DNA of 64,000 nucleotides from Longimicrobiales bacterium (lineage in GTDB: Bacteria; Gemmatimonadota; Gemmatimonadetes; Longimicrobiales; Gaopeijiaceae): positions 32,001 to 96,000 of the forward strand of contig CAXXKM010000001.1 in NCBI GenBank assembly GCA_963664435.2, written 5' to 3'. The position numbers were made by a program, and so were the translations under genes. Shown piece after piece: positions 9,887-18,897 of the stretch. Position 1 is the stretch's first letter, and every line of letters starts with the position of its first letter. Below the pieces are notes generated by a model that ran no database searches, was not told the origin of the DNA, and saw only the letters and a list, made by a program, of their open reading frames with translations.

Positions 9887-11437
9887 ATGGAGCGCTGGCA
9901 GCTGATCGCGGGGCTGATCCTGGTCTACCTGGCGGTGACGCTGGGGATCGGACTGGCGGCGGGCCGGCGGGCTTCACGCAGCGTGACCGGATACGTGGCC
10001 GGAGACCGCCGCTTCGGGCTCCTCGTGATGTACTTCGTCACCGGGGCGACCGTCTTTTCCGCCTTCGCCTTCCTGGGCGGGCCCGGCTGGGCCTACTCCC
10101 GCGGCGCCGCCGCCTTCTACATCCTCTCCTACGGCGCCCTCGGCATCGCTCCCTGGTACTTCATCGGGCCCCGCACGGCCGCCCTGGGGCGGCGCTTCGG
10201 CTACGTCACCCAGGCGCAGCTACTGGTCGGGCGCTTCCCTTCCCGTTTCCTCTCCGCGCTGATGGCGGCGCTCTCCGTGGCCGCGTTCGTGCCCTACATC
10301 ACCCTGCAGATGCGGGGCGCGGGCATCGTCATCGAGGCGGTCACCGACGGCCACGTCCCGCTGGCCGCGGGGGCGGCGATCGCCTACGGCATCGTGGCCC
10401 TGTACGTGCTGGCCAGCGGGGTGGCCGCGGTGGGGTGGACCAACACCTTCCAGGGCATCTTCATGGTCGCGATCGCGTGGTCGCTCGGCATCTACCTGCC
10501 CTTCCGGCTCTACGGGGGGGTGGGGGAGATGTTCGGGCGCATCCTCGCCGAGCGCCCCGAGATGCTCTCCGTCCCGGGCCTCACCGCCGCGGGCGATCCC
10601 TGGAGCTGGGGCGGCTACTCGAGCGCCATCCTGGTGAGCGCGATCGGGCTCATGATGTGGCCCCATCTCTTCATGAAGGCCTTCACCGCGCGCGACGACC
10701 GGACGCTCCGCCGAACCGTGGTCCTCTTCCCAACCTTCCAGCTCTTCCTGATCCCGGTCTTCCTGATCGGCTTCGCCGGGGTGCTGCTGCCGGAGTCGCC
10801 CGCCGACGCCGACTTCATCCTCCCCTTCCTCATCCTTCGCTCCGAGCTGCCGGTGCTGGTCGTGGGCCTGTTCTGCGCGGGCGCCCTCTCGGCGTCGATG
10901 TCGACCGGGGACGCGCTCCTGCACGCCGCGGCATCCGTGACGGTGGAGGACGGCGTCGGCCCCTTCCGCCGGTTGAGCGACGCCGCCCAGCGCCGCCTGA
11001 TGCGGATTCTCGTCCTCGTGGTGGGAGTGGTCGCGTACTGGTTCGCGCTGGACGAGGACTCCTCGCTGGTGGTGCTGCTGCTCAGCGCCTACGGCATCAT
11101 CTGCCAGTTCGCGCCCCCCATCTGCGCGGCGCTCTTCTGGCGGCGGGCCACCACACCGGGAGTCGTGGCCGGTCTGGTCGCGGGTTCGGCGACGGCGGTC
11201 TTCTTCTTCACCACCGGGTATCTGGGGATGGAACTGCGCCCTCTCGACCTGCACGAGGGCGTCCTGGGGCTCATGGTCCACATTCCGGTGCTGGTGGGGG
11301 TCAGCCTCGCCACCCGGCCTCAGGACCGGAACCACACCGACGCCTTCCTGAACCCGCGAGGCTCACCGGGAACCGGGGAATCCGGCGGAGGTACCCCGGG
11401 CAGCGAGCGAATCGCACGGGATACCCAACGTGGATGA
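9887..11437 (+). CDS. Sodium:solute symporter family protein
   Basis: About 13 TM segments; YVAGDRRFG, ATVFSAFAFLGGPGWAY, GALSASMST. Confidence 0.92.
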   Translation: MERWQLIAGLILVYLAVTLGIGLAAGRRASRSVTGYVAGDRRFGLLVMYFVTGATVFSAFAFLGGPGWAYSRGAAAFYILSYGALGIAPWYFIGPRTAALGRRFGYVTQAQLLVGRFPSRFLSALMAALSVAAFVPYITLQMRGAGIVIEAVTDGHVPLAAGAAIAYGIVALYVLASGVAAVGWTNTFQGIFMVAIAWSLGIYLPFRLYGGVGEMFGRILAERPEMLSVPGLTAAGDPWSWGGYSSAILVSAIGLMMWPHLFMKAFTARDDRTLRRTVVLFPTFQLFLIPVFLIGFAGVLLPESPADADFILPFLILRSELPVLVVGLFCAGALSASMSTGDALLHAAASVTVEDGVGPFRRLSDAAQRRLMRILVLVVGVVAYWFALDEDSSLVVLLLSAYGIICQFAPPICAALFWRRATTPGVVAGLVAGSATAVFFFTTGYLGMELRPLDLHEGVLGLMVHIPVLVGVSLATRPQDRNHTDAFLNPRGSPGTGESGGGTPGSERIARDTQRG

Positions 11438-11492
11438 ACGGGACACCCAACGTGGATGAACGGGATACCCAGCGTGGATGAACGGGATACCC
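11416..11492. repeat. 3.5 copies of a 22-bp tandem repeat (ACGGGAYACCCARCGTGGATGA) across the SSS/chorismate mutase junction
   Basis: Units start at 11416, 11438, 11460 and 11482 (partial). Confidence 0.92.
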
Positions 11493-11858
11493 GAGGCAGG
11501 GATGCCCGGCATGGATGAGCCCACGGGAGCGGCAGGCCCGCCTCAGGAGCGGCTGGCTCGCATGCGGGAAGTGATGAGCGAGGTGACCGATCGGCTCATC
11601 GAACTGATGGGGGAACGCCGCGACCTCGCCATCGAGATCGGGAGGGTGAAGGAGGAGCTGGGCCTTCCGGTCCTGGACCCGGGGCGCGAAGCCCGGATGG
11701 TGCGCCAGGCCGCCGTGCGGGCGCGTGAACTGGGCGTGGACCCGGAGATGGCGCGCGACATCCTGTGGCGGATCATCGCCTCCGCGCGCGAGGCTCAGGG
11801 AGGACGCCGGCCGGGATGGCCCGACCCGCCGCCAACGGAACCGGCCGGCAGCAGGTAG
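11478..11858 (+). CDS. Chorismate mutase (AroQ, type II)
   Basis: LARMREVMSEVTDRLIELMGERRDLAIEIGRVK...PVLDPGRE...IIASAREAQ pattern. Confidence 0.8.
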   Translation: MNGIPEAGMPGMDEPTGAAGPPQERLARMREVMSEVTDRLIELMGERRDLAIEIGRVKEELGLPVLDPGREARMVRQAAVRARELGVDPEMARDILWRIIASAREAQGGRRPGWPDPPPTEPAGSR

Positions 11859-11949
11859 CCCGAGGCCGGCGGTCGGCCTGCCGGGGCCGGAGGGCGGGCC
11901 GAGGGCGCTTCAGTGCCGCGCGCCGGCCGTCAGACGAAAATCCGACCCG

Positions 11950-12201
11950 CTAGTTCGGGCTGACCGAAACGAACTGGCGGTTCCTGCGCCGCTCGAACTT
12001 CACCACACCGTCCACCAGCGCGAACAGGGTGTCGTCGCCGCCCCTCTTCACGTTGGTGCCGGGATGGAAGCGGGTGCCCCGCTGGCGCACGAGGATGCTG
12101 CCCGCGGTCACGGGCTGACCGCCGTAGCGCTTGACGCCCAGGAACTTCGGATTCGAGTCCCGTCCGTTTCGGCTTGATCCCACGCCTTTCTTGTGTGCCA
12201 T
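11950..12201 (-). CDS. rpmA: 50S ribosomal protein L27
   Basis: [24 protein letters not shown]...ILVRQRGT. Confidence 0.98.
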   Translation of the reverse strand: MAHKKGVGSSRNGRDSNPKFLGVKRYGGQPVTAGSILVRQRGTRFHPGTNVKRGGDDTLFALVDGVVKFERRRNRQFVSVSPN

Positions 12202-12243
12202 CCCGATTCCTTCCCTGCTCGGCGTCCAGCAGCCCGCGGACTG

Positions 12244-12558
12244 CTAGGTGACGATCTCGTCAATGCGTACTTCGGTGAACTTCTGGCGATGCCCCTGCTT
12301 CTTGCGGTATCCCTTGCGGCGCTTGCGCTTGAAGATGATGACCTTCTGGTCCTTTCCGTGCGCCAGCACTTCGGCCCGCACTGCGGCGCCTTCCACGGTG
12401 GGCGTCCCGACCTCCGGATCGCCATCGCCGCCGCCGGTCATCAGCACGCGGTCGAACGTGACCGTGGAGCCCTCCTCGGCAGCAAGCGCAGGGATCCGCA
12501 CCCGGAGACCGGGCTCGGCCCTGAACTGCTTTCCGCCGGTTTCGAACACCGCGTACAT
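12244..12558 (-). CDS. rplU: 50S ribosomal protein L21
   Basis: MYAVFETGGKQF...FKRKRRKGYRKKQGHRQ. Confidence 0.98.
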   Translation of the reverse strand: MYAVFETGGKQFRAEPGLRVRIPALAAEEGSTVTFDRVLMTGGGDGDPEVGTPTVEGAAVRAEVLAHGKDQKVIIFKRKRRKGYRKKQGHRQKFTEVRIDEIVT

Positions 12559-12625
12559 GCCTGCCTCTTCGTGTAGATGGAGATCCCGGACACAGGACTG
12601 TGCTACGAAGCTCCGCAGCCCGAAA

Positions 12626-12653
12626 AAGCTACAGAGTCCCCGGTCAAGGTCAA
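12626..12653 (-). promoter_or_regulatory. Putative sigma70 promoter of rplU-rpmA
   Basis: Minus strand TTGACC-N16-TAGCTT about 70 nt upstream of the rplU start. Confidence 0.5.
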
Positions 12654-12734
12654 GGGGCGCGGCGCGCTGGCAACCGGCAAGGTCGTTCGATCCCGCCCGG
12701 GCGCGGTCGCGCGCACCGCGGGCCGGAGCCGCGC

Positions 12735-14249
12735 CTATACGGTCGCGTACTTCCCGGTCACGTCCACCTGGGCCCGGCCCGAGAGCAGACGAAACTGGTC
12801 TTCGCCCAGCAGGGGATCGTCCCGCAGGCTGATCTGAAGGCCGGTGGCGCTCGACACCCGATTGCGGAAGTCCGGCTCCGAGTCGAGCACATGCAGGGCC
12901 ACTTCCGGATGGATGCGCACCGTCAGCATGCTCTCGGCCTTGGCGGCTGCGGCGCGCCTGAGGCTGCGCTCCACCCGGCGCATCACGGTGTCGGGCGCGA
13001 AGACCCGGCCCAGTCCTCCGCAGTGGGTGCACGGGTCCGTGATCGAGGTGAAGATCGACGGGCGCACCCGCTGGCGGGTCATCTCGATCAGCCCGAGTTC
13101 GGACACGGCGAACGCGCGGGTGCGGGCGCGGTCGCGCCCCAGGTGGGTGCGCAGTTCGTGCAGCACCCGGTCGCGGTCCTTCTGCGTGTCCATGTCGATG
13201 AAGTCCACGACCACGATTCCGCCGACATCGCGGAGCCGTAGCTGGCGGGCGATTTCGCGCGCCGCCTCCAGGTTGGTCTTCAGGATGAGCGATGCGGGAT
13301 CGTTCTTCTTCTTGCCGGCGAAGCGCCCGGTGTTCACGTCGATCGAAACCAGCGCCTCGGTAGGCTCGATCACGACATGGCCACCGGACTTGAGCCCGAC
13401 CTTGCGCCGGAAGGAGCGGTGGATCTCCTCCTCGATGCCGCGGACGTCGAACAGCGGCTCCCGGTCCTGATAGAGCTTCAGGCGGTCCAGCAGATCCGGC
13501 GCCACGCTCCGCACGTAACTCTCGATCTCGCCGAAGATGACGGGCGCATCCACCGTCAGCGAGTCGAACTTGTCGCTGAACAGGTCCCGGATGACGCCGC
13601 TGATCAACCGCGCTTCGCGGCGCACGACCCCGGGCCCGGAAGCGGCCTTCGCGGTCCGCTGGATCTCCAGCCAGCTTCCCCGCAGACTCTCGAACTCGCG
13701 CGCGAACCGCTTCTCGGTCGCCTCCTCCCCCACGGTGCGGACGATCACCCCGCCTGAATCGGCCGGAATCACCTTGCGGGCGAGAGCCCGGAGTCTCGAC
13801 CGCTGCCTGCGGTCCTCGATCTTGCGGCTCACGCCGACGCGCGACGAGAACGGCATGTAGACGAGGAAGCGGCCGGCCAGCGAGACCTGGGCGGTCAGAC
13901 GCGGCCCCTTTGTGCCGATGGGCTCCTTGGTGACCTGCACGGTCACCCGGTCGCCCTTGTTCAGCAGCTTCTGGATCGAGCGCTGCTGGCCATCCCGGCC
14001 GTTCCTGGACGGTTCGCCGTCTTCGTGAACCACGTCCGAGACGTGCAGGAAGCCCGCCTTCTCGACACCGATGTCAACGAAGGCCGCCTGAATGCCGGGA
14101 AGTACCGCCTCCACGCGGCCCAGGAACACGTCACCTACCAACCGTCCCTGGTCCGGGCGGTCCAGCATGAGTTCTACGAGTCTTTTGTCTTCCAGCAGCG
14201 CCACTCGCGTCTCGCGCGAGGACGCGCTGATGATGATTTCTCTCCTCAA
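12735..14249 (-). CDS. rng: Ribonuclease G (Rne/Rng family)
   Basis: S1 domain (VLPGIQAAFVDIG), KEPIGTKGPRLT, IDVNTG, LRLRDVGGIVVVDFIDM, CTHCGG. Confidence 0.92.
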   Translation of the reverse strand: MRREIIISASSRETRVALLEDKRLVELMLDRPDQGRLVGDVFLGRVEAVLPGIQAAFVDIGVEKAGFLHVSDVVHEDGEPSRNGRDGQQRSIQKLLNKGDRVTVQVTKEPIGTKGPRLTAQVSLAGRFLVYMPFSSRVGVSRKIEDRRQRSRLRALARKVIPADSGGVIVRTVGEEATEKRFAREFESLRGSWLEIQRTAKAASGPGVVRREARLISGVIRDLFSDKFDSLTVDAPVIFGEIESYVRSVAPDLLDRLKLYQDREPLFDVRGIEEEIHRSFRRKVGLKSGGHVVIEPTEALVSIDVNTGRFAGKKKNDPASLILKTNLEAAREIARQLRLRDVGGIVVVDFIDMDTQKDRDRVLHELRTHLGRDRARTRAFAVSELGLIEMTRQRVRPSIFTSITDPCTHCGGLGRVFAPDTVMRRVERSLRRAAAAKAESMLTVRIHPEVALHVLDSEPDFRNRVSSATGLQISLRDDPLLGEDQFRLLSGRAQVDVTGKYATV

Positions 14250-14301
14250 ATCCCTGGTTTCTCCGCGAGTCGCGGGGCCCGGGACCGCCCGAGGGCGTCC
14301 C

Positions 14302-15543
14302 CTACCCCACCTTAAGCTCTGCGGTCCTCCCGCTTCCGCCGGCCTCGCGCACCAGGTGTCGAGCGATCAGCAAGCGCTGGATTTCGCTCGTGCCCTCTCC
14401 GATTTCGCACACTTTCGCGTCGCGAAACATCCGTTCCACCGGGTAGTCGTTCGTGTACCCGGCTCCTCCCATGAGCTCGACCGCTTCCGTGGTGGCGCGC
14501 ATCGACAACTCCGAGGCGAACAGCTTCGCCATGGAGGCTTCCTTCGAGAAGGGGCGTCCCTGATCCTTGAGCCAGGCCGCGTGGTACGTCAGGTGCTTGG
14601 CGGCCTGGATCCCCGTGGCCATGTCGGACAAGCGGAATTGTACCGCCTGAAAGTCGTAAATCCTGTGCCCGTAACGTTTCCGTTGCAACGTATACTCCAG
14701 GGCGGCGTCAAAAGCTCCCTCGGCGATGCCCAGAGCCAGCGCGGCGATGCCGATGCGCCCGGCGTCGAGGGTGCGCATGAAGTTGACGAAGCCCTCGCCC
14801 TCGGCTCCGAGCCGGTTTTCGGCCGGAACGAAGACATCGTCCAGCACCAGCTCCCGGGTATCCGACGCCCGCCACCCCATCTTGTCTTCCTTGCCGCCGG
14901 CCCGCACCCCTGCGGTGAACTCGAGTTCCGCGCTGTGTCCGACGCCCAGACGGCGCGCCGTCTCCAGGTCGCAGGTCGGCTTGGTGACGATGAAGCTGGT
15001 GATGCCGCGGGTGCTGCGCGCCGGATTGGTGAGCGCCGTGATGGTGAAGATCTCCCCGACGCCGGCGTGGGTGATGAAGATCTTGGACCCGTTGATGCGG
15101 TAGCCGTTTCCCTCGCGCACGGCGCGCGTGCGGGTGCCCGCCGAGTCCGAACCCGCCGCCGGCTCGGTGAGCCCGAAGCCCCCCAGCACGCGGCCGCTGG
15201 CGAGCAGGGGCAGGAATCTCCGCTTCTGCGCCTCCGTCCCGAAGGTCAGGATCGGGCTCGCTCCCAGCGTGGTGTGCGCCGACACCGTGATGGCGTGGCT
15301 GGCGTCGTGACGCGCCAGCTCCTCTACGACGAGGATGTAGCTCAGATAGTCGCGTCCCATCCCCCCGTATTCTTCGGGGATGGGGACCCCGAGTAGTCCC
15401 ATCTCGCCCATCGCGCGCACGCTCTCCCACGGAAAGGTCTGGGTGCGGTCCATCTCGCCGGCGATCGGCGCGACGTGTTCCAGGGCGAAGGCACGCACCC
15501 GGCTGCGCAGACGGGTGTGTTTCGGACGGAGATAGGCGTCCAT
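14302..15543 (-). CDS. Acyl-CoA dehydrogenase (short/branched-chain type)
   Basis: [49 protein letters not shown]. Confidence 0.93.
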   Translation of the reverse strand: MDAYLRPKHTRLRSRVRAFALEHVAPIAGEMDRTQTFPWESVRAMGEMGLLGVPIPEEYGGMGRDYLSYILVVEELARHDASHAITVSAHTTLGASPILTFGTEAQKRRFLPLLASGRVLGGFGLTEPAAGSDSAGTRTRAVREGNGYRINGSKIFITHAGVGEIFTITALTNPARSTRGITSFIVTKPTCDLETARRLGVGHSAELEFTAGVRAGGKEDKMGWRASDTRELVLDDVFVPAENRLGAEGEGFVNFMRTLDAGRIGIAALALGIAEGAFDAALEYTLQRKRYGHRIYDFQAVQFRLSDMATGIQAAKHLTYHAAWLKDQGRPFSKEASMAKLFASELSMRATTEAVELMGGAGYTNDYPVERMFRDAKVCEIGEGTSEIQRLLIARHLVREAGGSGRTAELKVG

Positions 15544-15569
15544 CAGCCCATCCCTGCTTCATGTGTTAC

Positions 15570-15586
15570 ATCATATGACATATGAT
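15570..15586. promoter_or_regulatory. Palindromic operator candidate ATCATATG-A-CATATGAT
   Basis: Perfect 8-bp inverted repeat in an AT-rich patch about 27 nt upstream of the acyl-CoA dehydrogenase ATG. Confidence 0.6.
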
Positions 15587-15771
15587 AAGACATATTATTG
15601 AATGGAGTTATATGATGTATGCCAGAAGAGCCACGAAGGCCGGTATCCGGGTTGGAGGGGCAGCAGTGCATGTGGGATCATACACCGGGAATGTCGATAG
15701 GATGCGGAATGAGGAGGAGCGGTTCGACGGGTGTCCGGCACGGCCTCGGCGCCTCCAGCCCTCTCCGCCGG

Positions 15772-16929
15772 TCAAGGGTTGAAGCCGATTTCCCAGATGC
15801 CGGCGCGGAGGTATCCAGGTCCGGAGAACTCGCCCACCCAGAGTGCATCGTCTCCCAGGAAGTCGACGACCACCACGCCCTCCATCCTGGTGCGCGCGAG
15901 CACGGTTGCCGTGTTCAGGTCGATGATGTCGATCTGGCCGTCGAATCGATCGATGGTTTCGAGGCCGGATTTCATCGCGAGCCTGACGCGCCCGTCGGGT
16001 CCACGGCGCTCCTCCATCATGTCGAGCCAGTCTTCCCGAAGCTGCCAGCTCAGGACCCACAGCCGGTCATCGGAATCGACGCGAAGCGCTCGTATCGTAC
16101 TTGAAGGAGGATTGTCCGAGGACTCGGGAGCTTCCGGATCGCGCGGTGGATCGTTGAAAGCGGGATCGATGAATCCCGTGATGCGGCGGCCGGTTTCGCT
16201 CCACACCTCGATCTCGTAACGGCGGTATACCGGCGAAGAAAAGGTCCGATGCGCGGCATCCGTGGTGATGATCCGATGGAACTGCGTCGAGGCCGACCGG
16301 TCATTGGCGAGAACGATCGTGCCTCCAAAGGAACTCGTGACCTGTGCACCCTGCAGGATGTGGAGGGGCAGATCGCCGGCATCGGGAGCGGGGTACTGCA
16401 TGTTCAGCACCCACCGCTCACCATCTCCCAGAGGACGAACAGCGTTGAAGTAGGCGGGAATGCTCTCGTCCTCGATGAGAGCGAAGTCCGGGCCCACAAT
16501 GCTGTGGCGGCCGTTCCCGGCGTCGAATACGTGGACACGCCCTTCGCGGTCCGCGAGGACGGGCATGGCGTTTTCCCACTCCAACGGCCCCTCCCCGGCG
16601 CGGCCGACTTCGCCCACGAAGTTGCCTTCGGCGTCGAAGACCTTCACCGCCTCGTACTGTCCGAACCAGTAGTTGCCGACGCTATCGCGGACCAGGTGGA
16701 AGGCGGCTCGCAGATACCCCTCACCGATCGTGTCGCCCATGACCAGCACCTGCTCGAGCGTGATGCAGTCCTCGCAGAGGGACTCCGATTCGCGGATGAG
16801 CCGGACCTCGGTGCTGTCGGTGACGTCGGTCCAGTGGGCGCGGGAAGGCTCGTCGGGTGGGGCGCAGGCGAGGAAGAATCCGGCACCGATCAGGCTCGCG
16901 AGAGCGATGGGCGAGGGCGAAGCGTTCAT
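15772..16929 (-). CDS. 6-bladed beta-propeller lipoprotein
   Basis: Lipobox FLAC; VFDAEGNFVGEVGRAGEGPLEW NHL-like blade. Confidence 0.7.
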   Translation of the reverse strand: MNASPSPIALASLIGAGFFLACAPPDEPSRAHWTDVTDSTEVRLIRESESLCEDCITLEQVLVMGDTIGEGYLRAAFHLVRDSVGNYWFGQYEAVKVFDAEGNFVGEVGRAGEGPLEWENAMPVLADREGRVHVFDAGNGRHSIVGPDFALIEDESIPAYFNAVRPLGDGERWVLNMQYPAPDAGDLPLHILQGAQVTSSFGGTIVLANDRSASTQFHRIITTDAAHRTFSSPVYRRYEIEVWSETGRRITGFIDPAFNDPPRDPEAPESSDNPPSSTIRALRVDSDDRLWVLSWQLREDWLDMMEERRGPDGRVRLAMKSGLETIDRFDGQIDIIDLNTATVLARTRMEGVVVVDFLGDDALWVGEFSGPGYLRAGIWEIGFNP

Positions 16930-17209
16930 GGGGTGAGCGATTCCGTGGGGAGCTGCGACGTGAGAGACATCCGGGTTGGTCCGCGGGCGGTTTTCGGCCT
17001 GCTCGAGCCCGTTGCCCTGCGGCAGAGGAGCAGTGGCCTCGAAGCACGTCAAGGTAGGGGACTTCTGAGCGGGTTCGCCACAAGGACCACGTGCTGGATG
17101 TGCTCCTATCATCGCCGCGCATCAGTCCATTACCCTTCGTATTACAGGTGGTATTACGCTCCTTGCACCGGACTCCCGCAATGGGGCCGTGTGCGTGTGG
17201 CGAGGGCCA

Positions 17210-18724
17210 TCAGGCCCGCAGGCAGTTGTCGCAGGTCCCGCAGTTGGCCGAGTCCACGCTGTCGCCGAAGTATCCGAGGATGCGGGCGCGGCGGCACCCG
17301 CGGGTGCGGGCGTAGCGCTCCACCGCGGCCAGCTTGGCCACCTCGGCGTTGCGGCGTTCGCGCAGCGGGCCCAGGGGGAGCCGGCGGACGTGCGGTCGCA
17401 GGTCGATGTGGAGGGTGTCGCCGGGCTGCTCGGGAGGATCGTCGCGCAGGTGCACCACACGGCAGGCCGCCAGCGCGCGGGCCAGGGCGCCCACGTTGGT
17501 GGCGGTCAGCGGGGTGCCGTTGCGGGCGCGCAGTTCGTCGACCGACACCCTGAGCCGTGTCCGTCCGGCCGCCCGGCGCCGCAGATCGCGCCAGAAGCGG
17601 CGCACCGCGCGCGGGGGCGGGTAGCTGTGGTCAATGAAGGCCATCTGGCCAGCGCGGTCGCCGTTCGACCACAACGCCAGGCAGTGCGCGGTGCCGCCGT
17701 CGCGACCGGCCCTGCCGGCCTCCTGGTAGTACGCCTCCATGGTGCGCGGGAGCTCGTGGTGGATCACCAGGCGGACGTCGCTCTTGTCGACCCCCATGCC
17801 GAAGGCGTTAGTGGCGGCCACGAGCGGGGCCTCGCCGGCCATGAAGGCGTCCTGCACGCGGGCACGCTCGGCCGCCGGCAGTCCCGCGTGGTAGGCCTCG
17901 GTGGTGTGGCCCAGGGCAGCCAGTTCGTCGCGTACGCTCTCCACCCCCTTGCGGCTGCCGGCATAGACGAGGGTGACGCCGGGGCGGTCGCGCACCAGGG
18001 TCCGCAGCCGCTCCCGCTTCTCCTTCCACGACCGGGCGTGCTGCACCCCCCACACCAGGTTGGGACGGTCGAAGCCGCCGACCACGGTGACCGGATCGGC
18101 CAGCCGCAGCCGGGCGATGATCTCCCGCCGGGTGCGCGGAGTGGCGGTGGCGGTGAGGGCGATCATGGGCACGTCGAACATCCCGCGCAGGCGCCCGAGG
18201 CGCAGGTATGCCGGACGGAAGTCGTGCCCCCACTCGGAGATGCAGTGGGCTTCGTCGACCGCAAGCAGGCTCACCCGCAGGCGCGGCAGCAACTCGCGGA
18301 ACGAGCGGCTCTCGAAACGCTCCGGCGCGACGAAGACGACGCGCAGCGCCCCCTCGACCAGCTGCGCCTCCACCTTGTCGCGCTCCTCCCGGGAGAGCGT
18401 GGAGTTGAGGAAGGCGGCGGGAATGTCGGCTTCGCGGCAGCGCATCGCCTGGTCGGCCATGAGCGATACCAGCGGGCTGACCACGACCGTGGCGTGGGGG
18501 AGCACGGCGGCCGGCACCTGGTAGCAGACGCTCTTCCCTCCCCCGGTCGGGAGGATGCCGAGCGCGTCGTGGCCCTGCAGCACCGCGCGCACGAGCACGT
18601 CCTGTCCCGGCCTGAAGCCGGGATAGCCGAAATGATGCTTGAGGGCATCAAGCGCGATGCGGTCCGCTTCCTCCCTGTCCGGGACGGGAAACCGTATCGC
18701 CGAGGTTGGTGCCGGAGCCGCCAT
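17210..18724 (-). CDS. recQ: RecQ-family ATP-dependent DNA helicase (short form, no HRDC seen)
   Basis: LPTGGGKSVCYQ, VDEAHCISEWGHDFRP, TATAT, YYQEAGRAGRDG, CRR...CGTCDNC. Confidence 0.93.
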   Translation of the reverse strand: MAAPAPTSAIRFPVPDREEADRIALDALKHHFGYPGFRPGQDVLVRAVLQGHDALGILPTGGGKSVCYQVPAAVLPHATVVVSPLVSLMADQAMRCREADIPAAFLNSTLSREERDKVEAQLVEGALRVVFVAPERFESRSFRELLPRLRVSLLAVDEAHCISEWGHDFRPAYLRLGRLRGMFDVPMIALTATATPRTRREIIARLRLADPVTVVGGFDRPNLVWGVQHARSWKEKRERLRTLVRDRPGVTLVYAGSRKGVESVRDELAALGHTTEAYHAGLPAAERARVQDAFMAGEAPLVAATNAFGMGVDKSDVRLVIHHELPRTMEAYYQEAGRAGRDGGTAHCLALWSNGDRAGQMAFIDHSYPPPRAVRRFWRDLRRRAAGRTRLRVSVDELRARNGTPLTATNVGALARALAACRVVHLRDDPPEQPGDTLHIDLRPHVRRLPLGPLRERRNAEVAKLAAVERYARTRGCRRARILGYFGDSVDSANCGTCDNCLRA

Positions 18725-18897
18725 GGACCCGAAAGCTCGCCGTGGGACCGGGGCGCCTCCATGGCGGGAGGGGACGATCGGAAGGCGGGAAGCGGTGCCT
18801 GGTCCGAGGGCAGCCTCTATACTGAATGCCGCTGCTCGCGCCCGGACTCGCTGCCCGGGCCGGCCAACAGACGAAGGCTTTCGACCGAGGAGGGGCC

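Noticed and set aside
11863..11879. AGGCCG/CGGCCT hairpin between chorismate mutase and rpmA as a terminator
   Set aside because: Short GC stem with no U-tract; expected by chance at this GC content.
11950..12558. rplU-rpmA arrangement
   Set aside because: Ordinary; L27 lacks the N-terminal extension, so no prp protease is expected between them.
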